NCBI GenBank assembly: GCA_020184695.1
Contig: JAANOX010000011.1
Coordinates: forward strand, 1 to 64,000
Length of the DNA stretch: 64,000 nucleotides
Origin: Histomonas meleagridis 2922-C6/04-290x
Taxonomy: Eukaryota > Protista > Parabasalia
Direction: 5' to 3'
Part shown: one piece after another, positions 57,301-64,000 of the stretch
How positions within the stretch are numbered: position 1 is the stretch's first letter
Layout of the letters: each line of letters opens with the position of its first letter
Program-made: the position numbers and the translations under genes
Notes under the pieces: generated by a model
Database searches by the model: none
Told to the model about the DNA's origin: nothing
What the model saw: the letters and a program-made list of their open reading frames with translations, nothing else

Positions 57301-58570
57301 ATACATCGAAAACATGAAAGAAGATGCTTTAAATTATATAAAAATTTGTGATCCAAATAATACATATCAAACATTTATGGAATATCTCGATTTGGTACAT
57401 GTATATGATGAAACTAATCGACGTAGTCGAAAACAAAGTAAAGAACCTGTACAACCGATAATAATGAAACGATTTATAAAGAAAACACGTAAACCAGATC
57501 CAATTATTATACATAAAGTAATTAAACGAATTATTAAAACTAAAAAAGATAAAAACTCATCAACGAAATTTAATAATATAAATATTAATTCGAATTTAAT
57601 AAAATTAATCGAATTATCAAAATTAATCGAAAATTTGTTTGAACGAATTAAAAAAGAATTTGAAAAACTTCAAAATGTTAATATGAAATTAGTAAATGAA
57701 TTCATTGATAAAACTAAAGAATTAATAAATTGCTTAAATCAATCAGCAGATTTACATTATATATTATTATCTTCAACACTTGAAAACATTATCGAAAACA
57801 TTAAAACTTCAACTGATGAATATGATGATTACTTAATAAATATAAAACAAATTTTAAACGATTTAATATTAACTTCATTAAAGAAATATGGAATTACGAA
57901 TTTAGCGTTTTCCGAAATTATTATAATGAAAATAAAACTTGAAACATTACAAAACGAAATAAAAAATAAAATTTTAGTTAACGAAATTCAAAACAAGAAT
58001 TCATTTAATGAAAAAATCATTAAAAAATTCTTAAATGTTTTGGATGAAATCGGAATTTTATGTAATTTAACTTTGGATCAAATCGAATTCATCATTAATA
58101 AAGGAGAAATATTTAATGATGAAGAAACACTTGTTAATTCGATATTACAAACATCTTTATCATCACAAATGATATATTATATGTTAGAGATGTTATATAA
58201 TGAAAACGAAAATGATAATAACGAAATGAAACTTAAAATTGTCGCAATTTGTACTGAGTTAAAACATTCGCTTTCACATATATTAATTGGGTTAAAGACA
58301 AATAATAATATGAGCGTAATATTAAATAAGAAAATCGAATCTGAAGTTAATAAAATTGTATCCGAATTACAAAACATAAAGAACGAAACTGAAAAATTAT
58401 GTTCAAGTGATAAAACTGTGAAAGAAGAGCCGAAAAAGAATTTGTCTTTGGCCGTACAAAGAAGAAATGCCGGCGCTGCTGTCACTAAAAAGAGAAGAGA
58501 AGTTGAAGAAGTCGAAGAAGAAATTAAAAGACTTAACAGAGCAATTGGAACAAGAAATTGGAATAAATAA
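54320..58570 (+). CDS. Large alpha-helical protein, possible talin/I-LWEQ-like C-terminal helix
   Basis: 1416-aa ORF; C-terminal LAVQRRNAGAAVTKKRREVEEVEEEIKRL. Domain call is tentative. Confidence 0.7.
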   Translation: MGEFHLLSDIYNCFATLMHYPVEQFCSFQSVFPRLQAATINHLVNPLPDICFFKSAFPFICGLGKAKTDMTNIEATVPLISLNTLHVITHSFKKVKYWELSKDDRNDIIGFLRAIIDVIGTIKSKLNQDKSKITDLLDDIERMIDMIDKNSEEKVTFKTILATTTHETQLCTRYIRSRFKSLFSNSDYSTLFPYLMQISLDLQTFGLFALVENQYEEFEANEAFYLKAIKCLFEGDQDNSVKLLKTLSEKFNKLSKAKQVYLNSLYAAAATSVADSSSKLSEELIKTKFSKCYETFSIQEPETVPVQFSESVISLLSTLQNGESNHDITKQLSESLISYTDNRKLQWICNCAITLQDLEIGYVSLMGAFLPLTITERIKHFTTFINSIQQCFIYVESQIKNKIQQINYDIPPIIAEEYSNVDEIKTLHDAMHSFVIYTTILSSMKEKNINDETLLNNMTNLSMLLCSWFIGTSIALQSTIISFVPNLIRSVEKHITIKKEQLEIIHHLFDNISMISFDITSPNNIKDFIELVSKCMYGMLPLINELMNESPISIISSEEDFTQLLEYANISFNLFNELQKAIEVIDFSSKLYLRQQIRSLINPISNNINNILNTLEKKDVLEYYINEAQVNIMSYIFGLSIVDRNFDKNLAEFYVNLLKSSNLSEMKDIIENINKVLKVILQQASAVDVTQSMLNQIDINSEQDITNLIQMITNPTLQESSKQLVIEILNLFKDESKILRNQYKNQILSLLALRVNGYQQYEISKLMNITDDELIKNSISIFASLPLNAPKYSKEIQQFSLPLLYQTDIYQMRQSLRNTISFLTITIRIRESCHIFLEHLHGEDTDVNKEIYELVQSLELNNIILLSKNKNPHLRSIYDICKLYSYSNKTQFNEKLLENKSNEIFESNDLKQIESITQSLLLEYISTSIINNCFHIDILLNIKDTIISLNKYLNDPTNENKRELYSACLMFTTEFNPVGNINEKWCIIFGFCLSYIENMKEDALNYIKICDPNNTYQTFMEYLDLVHVYDETNRRSRKQSKEPVQPIIMKRFIKKTRKPDPIIIHKVIKRIIKTKKDKNSSTKFNNININSNLIKLIELSKLIENLFERIKKEFEKLQNVNMKLVNEFIDKTKELINCLNQSADLHYILLSSTLENIIENIKTSTDEYDDYLINIKQILNDLILTSLKKYGITNLAFSEIIIMKIKLETLQNEIKNKILVNEIQNKNSFNEKIIKKFLNVLDEIGILCNLTLDQIEFIINKGEIFNDEETLVNSILQTSLSSQMIYYMLEMLYNENENDNNEMKLKIVAICTELKHSLSHILIGLKTNNNMSVILNKKIESEVNKIVSELQNIKNETEKLCSSDKTVKEEPKKNLSLAVQRRNAGAAVTKKRREVEEVEEEIKRLNRAIGTRNWNK

Positions 58571-59060
58571 AAAAAATATTTTTTTGAAAAAGTGACGTCA
58601 TGTAAATTAAAACGATGAATTCATTCGTTTAACCTTCTCAATTTTCACAAAAATCAGCGCATATTAAAACCGGTGTGACCACAAAAAGTCGAAAATTTGT
58701 TTCGAATTGAACCACCTTTTGATCGACTTTAATAGAATGTTATCAAAACTGTCAGATATCAAGTTTACAACATATATTTGCTTAAATTTGAAGAATTGGA
58801 AAGAAATTATCAGATGAAATTCGTTTATTTAGATTAAAAAATATATTTCAATAACGACAATAAAGAATAATAATGAGAATGATTATTATATTATCGTTTA
58901 TTAAATTGATCAGTACAAAACTGATAAAGAAACGATAAACATTTCAGAGAGTTAAGTTTAACAAAGTTAAAAACTATGATTGACCTCTGAAATTTGTATA
59001 TCAATTTTATTTGAAAAAGTTGTTTCGTTTTACGCGGCGAATAAAACCGACAAATAAAAC

Positions 59061-61439
59061 ATGAAGCCAGCATGCAAAACATATATATACATTAATATTC
59101 CATGTCTAAGTGGAACTATAAAAGCAGACATATCTTTTAGTGAAAAAGTATCAGATCTGATTGAAAGAGTTCTTCGAGATTTCGGAATAAAAGAACATAC
59201 AAATTTCAAACTTTTTGGGAAAACAATGAATTTCCAAGTTATACCAAGCCAATATAATTGCTGCGCTCTTTTTGCTTCATCATATGATTCTTTTGTTCTT
59301 CAAAGTATTGATTATGTTCCAGTCAAAGTTTATTATGAAAATAATGTAACAAAAATTGACTACAATCCAAAAGCACCACTTTCAGATTTAATATCTATTG
59401 CAGTCAGTTGTTTATCAATTGACATTAAAACAAGTTATTATCTAGCAATTGACGCAAAAACTAATAACATATGTCCATATGATTCGCCTATAACAGGTGT
59501 TAATTCCATTATATTAATGCCACTGAATTTATTTTTGTCAGGGATTTTATTTTCACCAAATGAATTTCCCACACAAAAAGAAAATACCTTCATGGCTCTT
59601 CAATGTCTTTCTAGTTGTTTTTTCTCGAAACAATTTTCTAATGTCCTTTCAATTCTTAATTCACGCTCACAATCCACTTTTCATTTTCAAAAACTTACAA
59701 GCAAGCGTACTAAGGAAATATTTTCATTGTTTATGGAAGGCAAAGATCTTTGGCAAATTCCATCCGGAGAACTTAATTCGTTTACTTTTATGCTTCTATC
59801 ATCATCCGAGAAACCGTTAATTAGTGATCGTCTTCACTCTCTTTCAATTGAAGCAATTCAGAGGAAAACCGACATCGAGCGCATTGAATTCATATCGGTT
59901 ATTGTATCGTGCATGCCCGTTGCCACCTATTTCATATTGCTTGAATTATCCTTAATCTATGGTGGGATTCAAAGTAATGAGACGACACGACGACGAGTCA
60001 TATGTCTTGTATCGAATCTTTTATTTCCGAAAACCATTAATCGAGGGAATGAAATCAAATTTGTTTCATATTTATTTATGTTTTATTTCATCATATTTAG
60101 TATGCCACAGAAAACTAGTCATATTCTACGTATTAAGGATGGAAATATATATTTAGCGCAAAAGAATTCCAAAGGGAAATATGAAATTTATTCGCCGAAT
60201 GGACCCGAAAACATTAAATATAATGACACAAATGATTATGTAATACATTTTAATGTCACTGATATCATTGATAAGTATTGTTATAATGAAGATAATGATA
60301 ATGATGAAGAAACTGAAGACATTACAGAAGACTTCGAAGCATTTAATCAAAAACTTACATTTTTAACAAAACTTTTTAATGAATTTAAAGACGTCGAAAC
60401 TCGAACAAGTTTATTTGCTCGACGTAAAACAGATTCGTTCGTAAGTAGCTCAGCTTACCAAGAAAAACGATTGCGATTAAAGAAATATCGAACAGAAAAG
60501 CCACAAAACTGCGAAATGTCGACAAGATGTCATTCGCAAGTTCTGTTTCAAATTAATATCAATGATAGCGTAAAGGCAACACAAGAAAAGAATAAAATGT
60601 ACGACTTCAAAATAGACGAAAATAATAACTTGAAGCCAACTGAGCTGAAGAGAAGGAAACCACCAATAATGGGACAAAGAAGAAGATCAACAAAAGGAAA
60701 ACATAGCGAGAAAATTAAGGCGAATGAAAACGTAAACGAAAGTATACTAAATGAGAAACATAGCGATGACATAAATGGAAGCATTCTGAACGAGAAACAG
60801 AGCGATGTCCTAAATAAAGATAATGGAGACGAAGACACGAAAGTTAACGAGTTAGAACAGAAAGAAAACATTCCGAACGAGAAACAGAGCGATGGCAATG
60901 AACAAGAAAATGAAAATATAGAAGAAAAACACAGCGGTGAAGAAAATGAGAAAACTCAAATTAACGAATTAGAACAAAAAGAAAATGAAATTCTAAATGA
61001 GGAACATAGTGACGAAAATGAAAAAGAAGATAACATAAATACAGAAGAAAATGAAAAAACTGAAATCAATGAATTTGAACAGAACGAAAATGAAATTCTA
61101 AATGAGGAACATAGTGATGGCAATGAAGAAAATGTTACAAACACAGAAAATAAAGAAGAAAATGACAAAATTGAAATCAACGAATTGGAACATAACGAAA
61201 GTGACAATCAAATCAGCGATGAAAATGATGCAAAGCGCAGCGATAATGGCACGCAAGAAAGTAGCACAGAGAACAAAGAAGAAAACAAAAGTGATAATGC
61301 TAATGAAGAAGACATTGACAGCGACAGCAGTATCGTCGAAGTCAGACTCATCGAGTACAGCAGCGGCGACGAAAGCGGAAGCAGCAGCAGTAGTTCAAGC
61401 AGCGATATGGAAGTCGAAGAGGAAGACGAAGAATTTTAA
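59061..61439 (+). CDS. Hypothetical protein with possible ubiquitin-like and divergent RhoGAP-like regions and acidic tail
   Basis: 792-aa ORF; LISDRLH...IVSCMPVATYFILLEL resembles RhoGAP helices; E/N-rich repeats near the C-terminus. Confidence 0.65.
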   Translation: MKPACKTYIYINIPCLSGTIKADISFSEKVSDLIERVLRDFGIKEHTNFKLFGKTMNFQVIPSQYNCCALFASSYDSFVLQSIDYVPVKVYYENNVTKIDYNPKAPLSDLISIAVSCLSIDIKTSYYLAIDAKTNNICPYDSPITGVNSIILMPLNLFLSGILFSPNEFPTQKENTFMALQCLSSCFFSKQFSNVLSILNSRSQSTFHFQKLTSKRTKEIFSLFMEGKDLWQIPSGELNSFTFMLLSSSEKPLISDRLHSLSIEAIQRKTDIERIEFISVIVSCMPVATYFILLELSLIYGGIQSNETTRRRVICLVSNLLFPKTINRGNEIKFVSYLFMFYFIIFSMPQKTSHILRIKDGNIYLAQKNSKGKYEIYSPNGPENIKYNDTNDYVIHFNVTDIIDKYCYNEDNDNDEETEDITEDFEAFNQKLTFLTKLFNEFKDVETRTSLFARRKTDSFVSSSAYQEKRLRLKKYRTEKPQNCEMSTRCHSQVLFQININDSVKATQEKNKMYDFKIDENNNLKPTELKRRKPPIMGQRRRSTKGKHSEKIKANENVNESILNEKHSDDINGSILNEKQSDVLNKDNGDEDTKVNELEQKENIPNEKQSDGNEQENENIEEKHSGEENEKTQINELEQKENEILNEEHSDENEKEDNINTEENEKTEINEFEQNENEILNEEHSDGNEENVTNTENKEENDKIEINELEHNESDNQISDENDAKRSDNGTQESSTENKEENKSDNANEEDIDSDSSIVEVRLIEYSSGDESGSSSSSSSSDMEVEEEDEEF

Positions 61440-61686
61440 ATAATAAATTTTTTGTTGAGGATAATTTTTATATAATTTTATTGTTTCATGGGATTACACG
61501 AAATGTTTTTATAGTTACAGCACACGAGGAATTGTTTAATGTAATTTACATGATGAGAAAACTGGAGTAAATTTCACAAAAAGTATTAAAAACGCGTATC
61601 GTCATGCCTTGTGAGTGAGGACGTTAAGTGTCATGGTTAAACGTTTTCTTAGCTGGATCGACAACGGTTATTTCTTCTTTTCGAAA

Positions 61687-62907
61687 ATGATGAACGCACC
61701 ACAGAACCCACGATACCAGCGTTTGAAAGGAGGCTGGTTTGTAGGCCCAGAGGAATACGCCCAGATGGGCTTTACACTTGGTTTGCCACCTGGCTTTTAT
61801 GCTCCTGATAAACCTGAAATCCGCGAACTTGTCGAAAAAATCAAACCACAAAATGGTATAATCCTTCCATCCTCTATTACTGCCTCTACACAATCCATCC
61901 AGAATGCCAAGAAGACAGTTATAATTAGTAATGTTCCACTTGGCATTACACCTGAAGCCATCATCAATAATGTCAACAACCAACTTCAAAGGCGAAAGCT
62001 TGTCTCTGATCCAGATCCCATTTTAAGCTGTGAAATCAACAATTCGAAGTTTACAGCCTCACTTCAAATGCGAACCCAAAAAGATGCCGAAGCTGCAGTT
62101 CAACTTGGTACCATCATAGAGAACAAGCAGCTCCTTACCATCTCATGGGGCAAGAATCCTGATGCACCAATTCCCAAACAAAATCCAAATGTGTCACTTA
62201 TCCAAAACAATGTTCTTGATTCCATCATTGTTGATTCAGTTCTTCCACTACCATCCACTCAAAGCCTCTTAAAAGCCTTTGAAGCCGATTTTGAAGTATC
62301 ATCAATAACCCGTCCAGAAGGCTTTGAGCATGCCATTGTTCAACTCCGGGATCCCTCTCTCACCGACGTTGCCATTTTCCGCCTCAACGACACCATAGTT
62401 GATGGAGTCAAACTCAGAGTTCGCCGCGCATTTATCGGCGAGAATGAAGGTCCGAACTTATTAGACAAATCCGAGCGCCGCAAGATGGACATCTCGTGCG
62501 GGCCGTCCAACATGCTTACGGTGCTCAGCCCGTACATGCGCGAGAAACCGTGCGTCGCGGACGTCCTCAATCCCGAAGTCCCGATCACAGTTGTCATCCA
62601 CGAAGAGACTGAGCGCCTCCAGCCGAGCACCGGCGCGACGCTTCTGATATATAACGTTGCGCCGCAAGTCGCGCTCTACGATAACGAGGAGTGCATCGAC
62701 ATCGTAAACGACATCCGCGACGAGTGCAACAAGTACGGGCGCGTGCTCGACTGCGTAGTGGATCGTTTGGTCACTGAGCCGCTGCCGAGCGATTACGCAG
62801 TGGTAAAGGTGACGTTCGAGGACAGTAACGACGCAAAAGACGCGCAGATAGCGCTCTCTGGAAGGAGATACGCAGGAAGACTTGTGATAACGCAACTGAT
62901 TGATTAA
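61687..62907 (+). CDS. U2AF large-subunit (U2AF65)-like RRM protein
   Basis: RRM1 TVIISNVPLGIT; C-terminal UHM-like RRM IRDECNKYGRV...VKVTFEDSNDAKDAQIALSGRRYAGRLVIT; no RS domain seen. Confidence 0.82.
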   Translation: MMNAPQNPRYQRLKGGWFVGPEEYAQMGFTLGLPPGFYAPDKPEIRELVEKIKPQNGIILPSSITASTQSIQNAKKTVIISNVPLGITPEAIINNVNNQLQRRKLVSDPDPILSCEINNSKFTASLQMRTQKDAEAAVQLGTIIENKQLLTISWGKNPDAPIPKQNPNVSLIQNNVLDSIIVDSVLPLPSTQSLLKAFEADFEVSSITRPEGFEHAIVQLRDPSLTDVAIFRLNDTIVDGVKLRVRRAFIGENEGPNLLDKSERRKMDISCGPSNMLTVLSPYMREKPCVADVLNPEVPITVVIHEETERLQPSTGATLLIYNVAPQVALYDNEECIDIVNDIRDECNKYGRVLDCVVDRLVTEPLPSDYAVVKVTFEDSNDAKDAQIALSGRRYAGRLVITQLID

Positions 62908-63039
62908 AATATGGATTTTTGTGATGTTAATGGAAAAATGTGTAACATATTCTGAGGAATGAAATATAATATTTATTTAAACGAATGGAGAGAAAAGTAT
63001 TTTATCAAATTATAATTTAATGTTCGATATAACACTTTT

Positions 63040-63470
63040 ATATATATTTCCTATTTGTTCAAGTTGCTTCAAGAAGTAATTTTCCTATTTCTGTATGACC
63101 TTTTCTATTGATGATATAAGTGTTATTTTAAATACTTTAATTAATTTCCAAATATATTATTTCGAAATCAATTATTATTAATAATAATTATTAAAATAAA
63201 TATAATATAAAACATATAAATATTTCTGGCATTAATATCAATTTCTTCTTGTTCAAGAAGTAATGTAACGATTAACATATTACCATATGAAGATGCTATT
63301 ATATGTGTTGTTTTAGATATTTTCGAATATTTCCAAATATTATTTAAAAATTTGAGAATACTAAAATAAATTGTAATAACATCAATTCCTTGTTTTATAA
63401 AGTATTTAATCAATTGTTTATATTTATGAATTGATGCCCATATAAAGTTTGATGAAGTGTCTTCTCTAAA
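63040..63470 (-). pseudogene. Degenerate spacer-interrupted ankyrin locus (D)
   Basis: KTTHIIASSYGNMLIVTLLLEQEEIDINARN, then a spacer with TTTCGAAATAATATTTGGAA plus 19 nt, then a frameshifted module. Confidence 0.75.
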
Positions 63471-63722
63471 AACGATAAAATTTCACAATTGATCTGTTTT
63501 AAACAGCATATACCTAATTTATTTAAATCTTTGTTGATGATTAATTTCTTTCTTTGTAAATCATACTCAGATAACGCAGAACGATTACTCTAATCATTGA
63601 AGTAATATATTATCAAACTTCGGAATATTCATTATCATTTTCACATATATATAATAAAAATAAAAGAAATTTATCACCAAATATTTACTTTAAATAATTT
63701 CATTCTTCACAAACATTTTATA

Positions 63723-63956
63723 TTATTTTTCCAAATACATTTTCCACAAAGTGACTGCGCATTTTATGAATCTTTTCACGTATTCCTTTTCCTCATTTAC
63801 ACACAATATTTCGACCAATTTCTCGTCTGTCACGTACGACCTTATGTAGTTCAAGAAGCAGAACACGTTCGGGTTCTTTGCGTGCGCAATTTCGAATATA
63901 ACTCTTTCGTCACCGAATTCTTTTAACAGTTTCATAGCGTCCAAAGTATATTTCAA
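63723..63956 (-). CDS. Hypothetical ORF fragment, probably extending beyond the window
   Basis: 77-aa ORF at the window edge. Confidence 0.35.
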   Translation of the reverse strand: MKYTLDAMKLLKEFGDERVIFEIAHAKNPNVFCFLNYIRSYVTDEKLVEILCVNEEKEYVKRFIKCAVTLWKMYLEK

Positions 63957-64000
63957 GTTTTCGGAAGGTTTTTCATTGGTAATTTCCTTAAAACAATTTA

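Noticed and set aside
61624-62895. Antisense ORFs within the U2AF-like gene
   Set aside because: Explained by elevated GC and scarce antisense stops.

Overview
AT-rich, essentially intron-free eukaryotic DNA that looks parabasalid (trichomonad: Tritrichomonas/Histomonas-like; inferred from IBD initiator-binding proteins, BspA LRR proteins, DUF3447-type ankyrin heads, M3/M5 promoter motifs and TAA(A) stop/poly(A) overlap). Ordinary genes include CYFIP/Sra1, BRK1, RPL34, RPS17, two HMG-box copies, an SLC35F transporter, an importin-7/8-like protein, a C39-like peptidase, a U2AF65-like protein, BspA paralogs and a decayed DD34D mariner. The standout is a family of ankyrin loci: three long ones, A (10.1-14.7 kb), B (15.0-21.3 kb) and C (35.0-39.5 kb), plus three remnants. 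In each long locus a normal head ORF is followed by ~20 single-ankyrin modules of 90 nt, and almost every module is separated from the next by an AT-rich spacer inserted at the same loop position. Spacers are modally 80 nt between the D and T codons, carry stops and usually shift the frame, lack consistent GT-AG ends, and have a fixed 3' geometry (20-nt imperfect inverted repeat, then 19 nt, then the T codon). Locus A modules 2-20 are all 90 nt and stop-free, module order is conserved between loci, and one junction in locus B lacks its spacer precisely and in frame. This suggests an undescribed way of removing or skipping the spacers (non-canonical splicing, ribosomal bypassing or DNA-level cassette assembly); the mechanism cannot be determined from sequence alone. 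Small indels in housekeeping genes warn that the assembly may contain homopolymer errors.
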